Shown in pieces: positions 34,974-43,475 of a stretch of DNA of 64,000 nt. Source of the stretch: an uncultured bacterium (GTDB taxonomy: Bacteria; Methylomirabilota; Methylomirabilia; Rokubacteriales; DASRDR01); the NCBI GenBank assembly GCA_964463175.1, contig CAYXBJ010000112.1, forward strand, positions 1,331 through 65,330, read 5' to 3'. Each line of letters begins with the position of its first letter. Positions within the stretch are counted from its first letter, which is position 1. The position numbers were made by a program, and so were the translations under genes. The notes under the pieces are model-generated. The model saw only the letters and a program-made list of their open reading frames with translations, did no database searches and was not told the origin of the DNA.

Positions 34974-35834
34974 ATGCCCGCAGCGACCACCCGGACGGCG
35001 CACGCGATGTCGCCGGAAGAGCAGCAGGCGTTCTACGCGGACCAGGGTTACCTGGTCTTCCCCGAGATGCTGGGTCGCGACGAGGTCGCCGCGTTGCGCG
35101 CGGCGCTGGACGAGGTGCTCGAGGAGGCCCGGGGACTGACCGAGAACACCCCGAAGTTCTCCGTCACCCGGGGCCACGACGGCGCTCACCACGTGCGCCG
35201 GATCTTCAACCCGATCCAGCACCACAAGGCGTTCCACGACGCCGCGTTCCATCCGCGGATCCTCGACGCCGTCGAGAATCTCATCGGCCCGAACATCCAG
35301 CTCCACCACAGCAAGCTCAATCTGAAGCCGCCGTCGAGCCCCGAGTCGAGGTTCGAGTGGCACCAGGACTATCCGTTCTTCCCGCACACCAACTACGACC
35401 TGCTCGCGGTGCTGGTGCACATCGACGAGTCGACCGAGGAGAACGGGTGCCTCCGGATCATGCCGGGCATCCACCGGCTCGGTCCGCGCCTCCACCGGTT
35501 CGCCAAGGACGGCGCCTTCTCGTCGCAGCTCGAGGACCGGAGCGTGCTCGCCGACGAGTCGCAATTCCTCAACGTCCCCTGCCCGGCCGGCGGCGTGGAG
35601 CTGCACCACTGCAACATGCTCCACAGCTCGACCGCGAACCGCGGCACCGCGCCGCGCAGCGTGCTGATCTTCCAGTACCGCGCCGCGGACAACGTCGCGC
35701 TGGGCGGCGGCATGGCGCACTTCGGGTTCGGGATGATGGTGCGGGGGGCGATGCCCTATCGGGCGCGCATGCTCGACGGCACCCTCGTCGCGCTGCCCGG
35801 CGAGATCAAGGACCCGCTCCAGCGGGACGGCTAG
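34974..35834 (+). CDS. Phytanoyl-CoA dioxygenase (PhyH) family Fe(II)/2-oxoglutarate-dependent oxygenase
   Basis: WHQDYPFF...HxD...H facial-triad pattern of the PhyH family. GGAGGAG RBS 6 nt upstream of ATG 34974. Confidence 0.8.
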   Translation: MPAATTRTAHAMSPEEQQAFYADQGYLVFPEMLGRDEVAALRAALDEVLEEARGLTENTPKFSVTRGHDGAHHVRRIFNPIQHHKAFHDAAFHPRILDAVENLIGPNIQLHHSKLNLKPPSSPESRFEWHQDYPFFPHTNYDLLAVLVHIDESTEENGCLRIMPGIHRLGPRLHRFAKDGAFSSQLEDRSVLADESQFLNVPCPAGGVELHHCNMLHSSTANRGTAPRSVLIFQYRAADNVALGGGMAHFGFGMMVRGAMPYRARMLDGTLVALPGEIKDPLQRDG

Positions 35835-35867
35835 CGCCGGGGCCGCGCTTCGCGTCTCCGCCGCGCG

Positions 35868-36188
35868 TCAGCGCGCGGCCGGAGCGGGCCCCAGCTCGGC
35901 CTCGAGGAACTCGCGGGTGCCGGGCGGGCCGGTGAGCTCGAGCCATGCGGGACCGCCGCCGGGCTCGACCGTCAGCCGGAACCGGAGGAACGCGCAGCAT
36001 CGCCGCTCGAGGTCGATGAACGTCGCGAGGAGTGCCAGGCGCTCCGGCTCGGCGGCAAAACGGAGCGCGACGCCATCCGGCAGCCAGCGGGCATCCTCCC
36101 GGGCCCGCCGGACCTCGCCCAGCACGCCGGCCCGGCGCTCGGCGAGCTCGGGCTCGGTCAGGCTGCAGGCGACGGGCAGGTCGGTCAC
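35868..36188 (-). CDS. Hypothetical small protein (~106 aa) upstream of the MBL gene
   Basis: Coding-like composition in the C-terminal 106 codons of track ORF 35868..36470. GTG start 36186-36188. No recognised domain. Confidence 0.3.
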   Translation of the reverse strand: MTDLPVACSLTEPELAERRAGVLGEVRRAREDARWLPDGVALRFAAEPERLALLATFIDLERRCCAFLRFRLTVEPGGGPAWLELTGPPGTREFLEAELGPAPAAR

Positions 36189-36199
36189 GCCCGGTCGAC

Positions 36200-37138
36200 C
36201 TACCCGCCGAAGGTGAACGTCGAGCCGGTCGAGCTCACGACCAGCTCCTTCCCCATCTGCTGGGCGAGCCGGACGAACGCCTCCGCGCCCGTGCAGTGCT
36301 GGGGCACGAGGTAGTCGACCTCGAAGCCGCGGAGCGCCTCGACGACGCGATCGATCCGCTCCGCGTCGAGCCCGGACAGATGGAAGCCGCCGATCACGGC
36401 GTGGATCTTCGCGACTCCGCTGACGCGCGCCGCGTGGCGGCAGATGCCGACGATCCCGCGATGCGAGCACGACGTGACGACGACCAGCCCGCGGTCCTTC
36501 ACGTGGGCGACGAGGGTCTGCTCGCCGATGAACGTGTCCTGGACGAAGGCGCCGTCCTGCTCCATGCGGAGCGACGGCGGGATCGCCTCGTACGGCTCCG
36601 GCGCCCGCATCTCGCCCGAGAGGAGCACGCCCTCGGGAAGGACCATCGGCTCCGGCACGTCGACCACGTCGAGATCCCAGCGCGCGACGTCACCCCGGTC
36701 GAGGCGGCCGAGGGACACACGGTCCCCGTCCCGCTCCATGAAGCGCGCGACGTAGTGATTCGGATGGCCGTAGAAGCGAAGCCCCGGCCGCATGACGCGC
36801 CGGTACGCCGTCAGGAAGCCGAGCAGCCCGCCGAAGTGATCGGAGTGGCCGTGAGAGAGCGCGAGCGCGTCGATCTTCGTCGCGTCGAGGCCCAGCTCCC
36901 GGAAGTTGTGAGTCATCGACGCGGCGCTGAGGCCGAAGTCAAACGCCAGGCGGGCGCTCTCGCGTCCCCGCGTCACCTCCACGTGGTGGGCGAGACCGTG
37001 CTCGGCGCGGAGGTCGGCGATCTTCCGGGCCCGCGGGACGCTCCAGCGGCGCGCGACCTTCTCGTCGGCGCGCAGGATGTCGACCGAGTTGTCGACGACG
37101 GTGGTGACGGCGACGCGATCGACCACCGGCAGCGGCAT
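36200..37138 (-). CDS. MBL-fold metallo-hydrolase
   Basis: HxHxDH motif (LSHGHSDHFGG). 312 aa from ATG 37136-37138. The track ORF has a 132-aa junk N-terminal extension. Confidence 0.7.
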   Translation of the reverse strand: MPLPVVDRVAVTTVVDNSVDILRADEKVARRWSVPRARKIADLRAEHGLAHHVEVTRGRESARLAFDFGLSAASMTHNFRELGLDATKIDALALSHGHSDHFGGLLGFLTAYRRVMRPGLRFYGHPNHYVARFMERDGDRVSLGRLDRGDVARWDLDVVDVPEPMVLPEGVLLSGEMRAPEPYEAIPPSLRMEQDGAFVQDTFIGEQTLVAHVKDRGLVVVTSCSHRGIVGICRHAARVSGVAKIHAVIGGFHLSGLDAERIDRVVEALRGFEVDYLVPQHCTGAEAFVRLAQQMGKELVVSSTGSTFTFGG

Positions 37139-37143
37139 GGCTC

Positions 37144-38310
37144 TCAGTACGACCGCGGGAGGCCGAGGACGTGCTCGGCGATGTACGCGGTGACCAGGTT
37201 CTGGTTGATGGGCGCCGTCTTGTAGAGCCGCGCCTCGCGGAACTTCCGCTCGATGTCGTACTCCTCGGCGAACCCGTAGCCGCCGTGGCAGTCGACGCAG
37301 GCGTTGGCCGCCTCCCACGCCGCCTCGGCCGAGAGGTACTTGGCCATGTTGGCCTCGGCACCGCAGGGCTGGCCGGCGTCGAAGAGCGCGGCCGCCTTGT
37401 TCCGCATGAGCTCCGACGCCTCGACCGCCATGTGGGCCTTGGCGATCGGAAACTGGACGCCCTGGTTCGCCCCGATCGGCCGCCCGAAGATCACGCGCTG
37501 GTTCGAGTAGGCCACCGCCTTCTCCACGAACCACCGCCCGTCCCCGACGGAATCCGAGGCGACCAGGATGCGCTCGGCGTTCATGCCGTCGATGATGTAG
37601 GAGAAGCCGCGGCCCTCCTCGCCGATCAGGCTCTCGGCGGGGATCTCCATGTTGTCGAAGAAGAGCGCGTTGGTGGAGTGGTTCATCATCATGCGGAGCG
37701 GCCGGACCTCAAGCCCCTGCGCCTGGCGCAGGTCGAAGAGGAACACGGACAGCCCGTCCGTCTTCCGCGTCACGTGGTCGACCGGCGTCGTGCGCGCGAG
37801 GAGCAGCATCAGATCGGATTGCAACACCCGCGAGATGAAGATCTTCTGGCCGTTGACGACGTAGCGGTCGCCCCGGCGCACCGCGGTCGTCTGGAGCTTG
37901 GTGGTGTCCGACCCCGAGTTCGGCTCGGTCACGCCGAACGCCTGGAGCCGGAGCTCGCCGGTCGCGATCTTCGGGAGATAGCGCCGCTTCTGGTCCTCGG
38001 AGCCGTGCCGGAGGACCGTGCCCATGATGTACATCTGGGCGTGGCACGCCGCCGCGTTACCGCCGCACGCGTTGATCGTCTCGAGGATGAGGCCGCCCTC
38101 GAGGATGCCGAGTCCGGCGCCGCCGTACTCCGTCGGGACCAGGGCGCCGAGGTAGCCGGCGCGCGTGAGCTCGGTTACGAACGCCTCCGGGTAGGCGCGC
38201 TCCTGATCGAGCTGCCGCCAGTACTCGCCCGGATAGCGCTTGCAGATCTCGGCCACGCCCGCCTTCAGCGCGCGCTGCTCGTCGGTCAGCGTCAGGCTCA
38301 TGGACACCAT
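37144..38310 (-). CDS. Acyl-CoA dehydrogenase
   Basis: Full ACAD architecture (N-terminal helical, beta-barrel and C-terminal helical domains, e.g. ...GGYGFAEEYDIERKFREARLY). 388 aa. Confidence 0.85.
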   Translation of the reverse strand: MVSMSLTLTDEQRALKAGVAEICKRYPGEYWRQLDQERAYPEAFVTELTRAGYLGALVPTEYGGAGLGILEGGLILETINACGGNAAACHAQMYIMGTVLRHGSEDQKRRYLPKIATGELRLQAFGVTEPNSGSDTTKLQTTAVRRGDRYVVNGQKIFISRVLQSDLMLLLARTTPVDHVTRKTDGLSVFLFDLRQAQGLEVRPLRMMMNHSTNALFFDNMEIPAESLIGEEGRGFSYIIDGMNAERILVASDSVGDGRWFVEKAVAYSNQRVIFGRPIGANQGVQFPIAKAHMAVEASELMRNKAAALFDAGQPCGAEANMAKYLSAEAAWEAANACVDCHGGYGFAEEYDIERKFREARLYKTAPINQNLVTAYIAEHVLGLPRSY

Positions 38311-38320
38311 GGCTCGGCCC

Positions 38321-39118
38321 TCAGCGCCCCTCGAACCGAGGCTTCCGGCGCTCGTTGAACGCGCGGACGCCCTCGACGCGGTCCTGGGTCACGACCGTCG
38401 CGTTGTAGGCCTCGATCGACAGCACCATCCCGGTCTCGAGGTCGGTCTCGCCGCCCCAGGCGATCGCCTTCTTCGCCTGGCGCACTGCCACCGGGCCGTT
38501 CTCCGCGATGGTGGCGGCGAGCTCGGTCGCCCGGAGTCGCGCCTGGCCGCGCGGCACGACATGGTTCACGAGGCCGATCGCCCGCGCCTCCGGAGCCTCC
38601 ACGCGCCGTCCCGTGAAGATGAGCTCCTTCGCCAGCGGCGCGCCGACGATGCGCGGCAGGAGCTGCGTCCCGCCCACGCCGGGGAAGATCCCGCGGGTGA
38701 CCTCCGGCAGGGCGAACACCGCGCTCTCGCTCGCGACGACGAAGTCGGCGAGGAGGGCGAGCTCGCAGCCGCCGCCGAACGCGAAGCCCTCCACGGCGGC
38801 GATCACTGGCGCCGGGCAGCGGAGGATGGCCATCGCCGCCTGCTCGAAGATGAGGTGCTGGGCGCGCCAGACGTCGTCCGACATGCCCTCGCGCTCCTTG
38901 AGGTCGCCGCCGACGCAGAACGCGCGATCACCCGCGCCGGTGAACACGACCGCGCGCACGCCCGGCGCGACGGCCGGCCCGCGGAAGCACCCGAGAAGGT
39001 CCTCGCCCATCGCCGTGTTCATCGCGTTCAGGACCTCCGGGCGGTGCAGCACCACGGTGAGGACGTGGCCGTCCCCCGAGCCCTCGAGCCGGAGCGTGCG
39101 GAAGCTCGCCTCGCTCAC
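38321..39118 (-). CDS. Enoyl-CoA hydratase/isomerase (crotonase), CaiD-like
   Basis: LTVVLHRPEVLNAMN...AFCVGGDLKE...GFAFGGGCELALL crotonase signatures. 265 aa. Confidence 0.85.
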   Translation of the reverse strand: MSEASFRTLRLEGSGDGHVLTVVLHRPEVLNAMNTAMGEDLLGCFRGPAVAPGVRAVVFTGAGDRAFCVGGDLKEREGMSDDVWRAQHLIFEQAAMAILRCPAPVIAAVEGFAFGGGCELALLADFVVASESAVFALPEVTRGIFPGVGGTQLLPRIVGAPLAKELIFTGRRVEAPEARAIGLVNHVVPRGQARLRATELAATIAENGPVAVRQAKKAIAWGGETDLETGMVLSIEAYNATVVTQDRVEGVRAFNERRKPRFEGR

Positions 39119-39211
39119 GCGAGCCTATCCACGCGAGACCGAGCGACGCCGCGCGCCAGCTCGACCATTCGGTTCATCCGCTCGGCGACACGGTCCGGCG
39201 CGCACGACCCG

Positions 39212-40414
39212 TCACTCCGGCAAGGGCCAGTCGACGACGCCCTGCGCGCGAAGCTCGCCCATCTCGACCGCGCCGAAGCCGAGCTCGCCGAGGAGGTCGA
39301 TGGTGTGCTCGCCCACGCGCGGCGGCGGGCGGCGGGGCACCGGGCGCTCGTCGCCGAACCGCACGGGAAGCGCCACCGTCGTGAGATCGGGAAGGTCCGG
39401 ACGCGGCGTGGGCATGAGCATCTCGCTCGCCTTCGTCTGGGGATCCGTCGCGACCTGATCGACGGTCTGCACCGGCGCGCCGGTGACGCCGGCCTGGCGG
39501 AGGCGCTCGAGGAGCTCCGCGGTCGCCCACGGACGCGTCAGCCCTTCCAGCACGGGGACGAGCGTCGCGCGGTTCTGCACGCGATCGGGGTTGGTGCGGT
39601 ACCGCGGGTCGGCGGCGAGCTCGGGGCGCCCGAGGGCCTCGCAGAGCCGGCCGAAGAGCGCGTCGGTCGGGGTCGTGATCATGAGGTAGCCGTCGACCGT
39701 CGGGAAGGCCTGGTAGGGCACGATCATCGCCGCGGCCGAGCCCTGGGGCTGCAGCACCTCGCCGGTTCCGAGGTACGCCATGATCTGGTAGGGAATCCAC
39801 GCGAGCGCGGTGTCGAAGAGCGCGGTGCTCACCTCCGAGCCGACCCCGGTCTCGTCCCGCTCCCGGAGTGCCGCCAGGACGCCGAGCGCCGCCCACATCC
39901 CCGTTCCCATGTCGACCATCGACGTGCCCGCGCGCACCGGCGCCTGGCCGGGGTGGCCGGTCAGCCGCATGAACCCGCTGTAGCCCTGCATCATCGGGTC
40001 GTACCCCGGATGCTCGCGCAGCGGCCCGCGGCTCCCGAACGCGGTCACCGAGCAGTAGACGAGTCGGGGGTTGAGGGCGCGGGCCTGCGCCGTGCCGAAG
40101 CCGAGCTCGTCGGCGTTGCCGGGGCGGAAGCTCTGCACGAGCACGTCCGATCGCCGGACGAGCCGCTCGATCACCGCGCGGGCCCCGGGCGCTTTCACGT
40201 CGAGGGCGAGGCTCCGCTTGTTCCGGTTGAACGACAGGAAGATCGTGCCCTCCGGCCCCCAGCGCGGCGGCGCCCACGCGCGCGTCTCGTCCCCGCGGCC
40301 CGGCCGCTCGACCTTGACCACGTCCGCGCCCAGGTCCCCGAGGATCTGGGTGCAGTACGGCCCGGCCACGTTCTGCGTGAGATCGAGGACGGTCAGCCCG
40401 GCCAGCGCGGTCAC
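39212..40414 (-). CDS. Family III CoA-transferase (CaiB/BaiF-like)
   Basis: LAGLTVLDLTQNVAGPYCTQILGDLGADVVKVE is the family-III N-terminus. Start assigned to GTG 40412-40414. Codons upstream to ATG 40546 are AT-rich and non-coding-like. Confidence 0.7.
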   Translation of the reverse strand: MTALAGLTVLDLTQNVAGPYCTQILGDLGADVVKVERPGRGDETRAWAPPRWGPEGTIFLSFNRNKRSLALDVKAPGARAVIERLVRRSDVLVQSFRPGNADELGFGTAQARALNPRLVYCSVTAFGSRGPLREHPGYDPMMQGYSGFMRLTGHPGQAPVRAGTSMVDMGTGMWAALGVLAALRERDETGVGSEVSTALFDTALAWIPYQIMAYLGTGEVLQPQGSAAAMIVPYQAFPTVDGYLMITTPTDALFGRLCEALGRPELAADPRYRTNPDRVQNRATLVPVLEGLTRPWATAELLERLRQAGVTGAPVQTVDQVATDPQTKASEMLMPTPRPDLPDLTTVALPVRFGDERPVPRRPPPRVGEHTIDLLGELGFGAVEMGELRAQGVVDWPLPE

Positions 40415-40518
40415 GGCGATCAGTATAGCCTCGCCGGCCGGGTCCGCGGACCATCCCGGCCCGGACGGCGCGGGTCGGGTTGACGGCCGGGCGGCGCCGC
40501 CGCAGAATGCGACGTAAG

Positions 40519-40534
40519 TTGGTCGGCCAACCAA
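40519..40534. promoter_or_regulatory. Near-palindrome TTGGTCGGCCAACCAA in the divergent TetR / CoA-transferase intergenic region (candidate TetR operator)
   Basis: 16-bp inverted repeat with one mismatch. Lies in the only AT-richer stretch between the divergent genes. Confidence 0.4.
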
Positions 40535-40641
40535 TTTATGTTCCACTTCATGTCATCGAGCGGTGAGTGCAAAGCGTGTCGAGAATCGGATGCGCCCCCT
40601 GACGGGGACCTCCCGCGATTCGCGCCGCGAGGGCGTCGTCC

Positions 40642-41274
40642 GTGAGCCCGCGACCCAGGGTCGCCGACGAGCGTCGAGCGGCGATCGTCCGCGCCACCAT
40701 CCGCTGCCTGGCGCGTGACGGGTATGCCCGTCTCACGATGAAGCGGGTCGCCGCGGAGGCGGGCGTGAGCCCCGGCATCCTCCACTACTACTTCCGCGAC
40801 AAGCGCGCGATCCTGGGCCGCGCCGCCGCCACCGTCATGGCCGATCTCGATCGGCGCGTGGCGACCGAGGCACGCGGCGCGCGCGACGCGAGGGGGCGCC
40901 TGCGGGCTCTCCTCCGCGCCTGCCTCGAGGTCGCGACCGAGAGCCGCGAGTTCTGGACGGTGCTCATCGAGCTGTGGGGCGAGGCGCTCCACGACCGGGA
41001 GCTCGCGCGGCTGAACCGGCTCGCCTACGCGCGAGCCCGGCGGTTCCTCGCGGCGGGCGTCGCGCGGGGCGCCGCGGCCGGCACCTTCCGCAAGGTCGCG
41101 CCCGACGAGGCCGCGGCGGTCATCCTCGCCCTCGTGGACGGGCTCTCGCTCCAGATCACCTTCGACCCCGAGCTGATGCCGCTCGGCCGCGCCGTTCGTG
41201 TCGCGGAGGAGGCGCTGGGCGCCTATCTGGCGGGGGCCGGCCGATCCGATGCGTGGGAGGACCGCCATGGCTGA
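40642..41274 (+). CDS. TetR/AcrR family transcriptional regulator
   Basis: N-terminal HTH (RLTMKRVAAEAGVSPGILHYYFRDKRAIL). 210 aa. Confidence 0.85.
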   Translation: MSPRPRVADERRAAIVRATIRCLARDGYARLTMKRVAAEAGVSPGILHYYFRDKRAILGRAAATVMADLDRRVATEARGARDARGRLRALLRACLEVATESREFWTVLIELWGEALHDRELARLNRLAYARARRFLAAGVARGAAAGTFRKVAPDEAAAVILALVDGLSLQITFDPELMPLGRAVRVAEEALGAYLAGAGRSDAWEDRHG

Positions 41275-41845
41275 CCCGGCCCGGCCCGCGCGTGCCCGCC
41301 TGCTCGACTACCTCCGGGCGCGGGCCGCCGGGCTCGACGCGCCGCGGCTCCGGGCGCGCGTGCGCTCGGCGGCGGCGGAGTTCGAGGCGGCACTCGCGGG
41401 GCTCGATGAGCCCGCGGCGCGCCGGCGGGTCACCGCGGACGAGTGGACGGTGGCGCAGGTGGTGGATCACGTCGCCCAGTCCACCGTGCGATCCGCCGAG
41501 GAGCTCCGCCATCTCCGCGCGGGCCGGCGGCCGCCGGGTCCGCCGATCTACGAGGCGCTCCTCTCCGGGGCCGCCCACCGCGTGCCGTGGACCGAGCTGG
41601 TCGACGGTCTACGGGAGGCGATGGCTGCGCTCGACGAGGCGCTGAGCGGCCCCGCCGCGCTCGACGGCAGCCCGGCGCGCACGGTCACCGCGCCGGCCGT
41701 CCTGGTGATCAACGCGGAAGAGGCGGGCGGCACGCCCGAGATCTTCGCGGCCGAGCTCACGTGGCCGGAGTACGCGCTCGTGGTGCGGCTGCACCTCCTG
41801 GAGCACCGTGCGCAGGTCCGTCAGCTCCGCAGCGCGGGAGTCTGA
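41267..41845 (+). CDS. DinB-like / maleylpyruvate-isomerase N-terminal-domain family protein
   Basis: WTVAQVVDHVAQS...(DinB_2-like helical bundle His motif). ATG 41267 overlaps the TetR stop (ATGGCTGA). Confidence 0.5.
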   Translation: MADPARPARARLLDYLRARAAGLDAPRLRARVRSAAAEFEAALAGLDEPAARRRVTADEWTVAQVVDHVAQSTVRSAEELRHLRAGRRPPGPPIYEALLSGAAHRVPWTELVDGLREAMAALDEALSGPAALDGSPARTVTAPAVLVINAEEAGGTPEIFAAELTWPEYALVVRLHLLEHRAQVRQLRSAGV

Positions 41846-41930
41846 GCGGGCGAGCCGTCCGCGGACAAGGCAGGGCCCCGGGGGCCTCGACGGGCCCCAG
41901 GGGCATGCCCGGTGAGTACGTCAGTCGCGA

Positions 41931-42614
41931 CTAGCTGTCTTCGCCCTGGTCGTCGTCGTTGCCGCCGTGGTGGCCGCTCGGCTTCCCCGACCCGGGCCCG
42001 GAGGAGATGGAGCCCGGACCCCGGTTCGTGCCGTGGATCTCGCCGTTGTGGTGTTCATGGTGATGCCCGTGCTCGTCGTCGCAGTCCGCCTCGATCTCGA
42101 GCTTCTGTGCCACGACTCCGCCCGTCGTGGTCGGCGGCGATGCCGCGTTCAGCACGCCCTCGACCTCGACCGGCGTCGTGCCGGGCGTGATGTCGCTCAG
42201 CAGGGTGACGGGCGAGCCGCCGACGACCGCGGTCAGCTGGCACGGCCCCCCGGTCACGCCCTTGAACTCGAACTTGCCCTGGTTGTTCGTCGTCGTCGTG
42301 AGAACCGGGGCGCCGCTGCACGAGAGGTTCACCGTCACGCCCACCGCCGGCGTCCCGGTGACCGCCGCGTCGGCGGTCTGGACGATGAGATCGAGCGCGC
42401 GCGCCAGCCAGCTCTGCCCGGGCATCGGATCACCCAGCGCCACGGTCACGCCCGGCCCCTTGCTGATCGTCCCGCGCACGGTCTGCCCCTGGGCGCTGCT
42501 GCCCGCCGATGAGCCGGTGCTCTTCGAGCTCGAGCCGCACCCGGCCATGACGACCAGGGCGACCGCGGCCACCGTGCACGCCCCCATCCTTGCTTGCCAC
42601 CGTCGACTGTCCAT
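41931..42614 (-). CDS. Lipoprotein with carboxypeptidase-regulatory-like beta domain and His-rich C-terminal tail (probable metal-binding)
   Basis: Lipobox VMAGCGSS. C-terminal DCDDEHGHHHEHHNGEIHG...GHHGGNDDDQGEDS. Confidence 0.5.
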   Translation of the reverse strand: MDSRRWQARMGACTVAAVALVVMAGCGSSSKSTGSSAGSSAQGQTVRGTISKGPGVTVALGDPMPGQSWLARALDLIVQTADAAVTGTPAVGVTVNLSCSGAPVLTTTTNNQGKFEFKGVTGGPCQLTAVVGGSPVTLLSDITPGTTPVEVEGVLNAASPPTTTGGVVAQKLEIEADCDDEHGHHHEHHNGEIHGTNRGPGSISSGPGSGKPSGHHGGNDDDQGEDS

Positions 42615-42887
42615 TCGCTCCCCCTCGGCATGTGATGGCACGAGCCCGGACCATCCGGATGGTGGCCGGATGGCAGCCGGGCCCATAGCCGGGCTCGTGG
42701 CCTGGCCGAGGAAGAGCAACTGGAATGCCACCGGAGGAGTGGCGCGGAACATCTCGGAAACACAGCATCGCGCGCGAGCCCGGCATCGGAGCCCGACGCC
42801 TCGCGACGGGCAAATCCCCGGAGCGGGCAGGGATCTGCCCATCAGCGCGGGATCGGGCGGGCACCGGGAGGGACGAGACCTGGGACG

Positions 42888-43235
42888 CTAGCGCACCACG
42901 ACCTCGCCGCGCATCGACGGGTGTCGCGCGCAGAAGTACGGGTAGACGCCGGGAGCGGCGAAGGTCGCGCTGCCGCTCGTCCCCTTGCCGGCGAGCTGCA
43001 CGTCGAACCGTCCGTCCGGATCTCCGGGCCGGCCCGACGTCACCGTGTGCGTGATGTCGTCCTGGTTCGTCCACGTGACGCGCGTGCCGCCGCGCACCTC
43101 GAGGACGCCCGGCTGGAACTGGAAGACGCGGACCGCCGCGTCGACCATGGCGCCGTCGGCGGACAGGGCGGGCGCGGCCGCCCCGAGCCCGAGCGCGAGG
43201 AGCAATGCCGGCCGGATGGACCATCGACGTGTCAT
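42888..43235 (-). CDS. Cupredoxin (plastocyanin/pseudoazurin-like blue copper protein)
   Basis: Signal peptide. Ligands H(THTV)...YPYFCARHPSMRG (Cys-x2-His-x2-Met). Confidence 0.75.
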   Translation of the reverse strand: MTRRWSIRPALLLALGLGAAAPALSADGAMVDAAVRVFQFQPGVLEVRGGTRVTWTNQDDITHTVTSGRPGDPDGRFDVQLAGKGTSGSATFAAPGVYPYFCARHPSMRGEVVVR

Positions 43236-43475
43236 TCGGGTTCCTCTCTCTCGCCGGCGATTCGTCGCCGGCCTTCACCTCCTCACTACGCATTCGCACC
43301 GCCGGACGGTTTTCACGCGGCGGTCACCGCGTCTTCGAAGCCGAACGACGTTCCAAAGATTGCGTCGTCGGAGAGCGTCTGATAGGATGCCCGCGTTCGC
43401 TAAGTCCGCGTCACTTCGACGGTGCATCAGGATTGCGGTACCAGGTCGCAAGCCACTTCGTCGCTGGGGAGGTCC

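Noticed and set aside
43300-43340. Short inverted repeat GCGGT-C-ACCGC upstream of lptD
   Set aside because: A 5-bp stem in 70% GC DNA is expected by chance. No supporting T-tract or conserved context.
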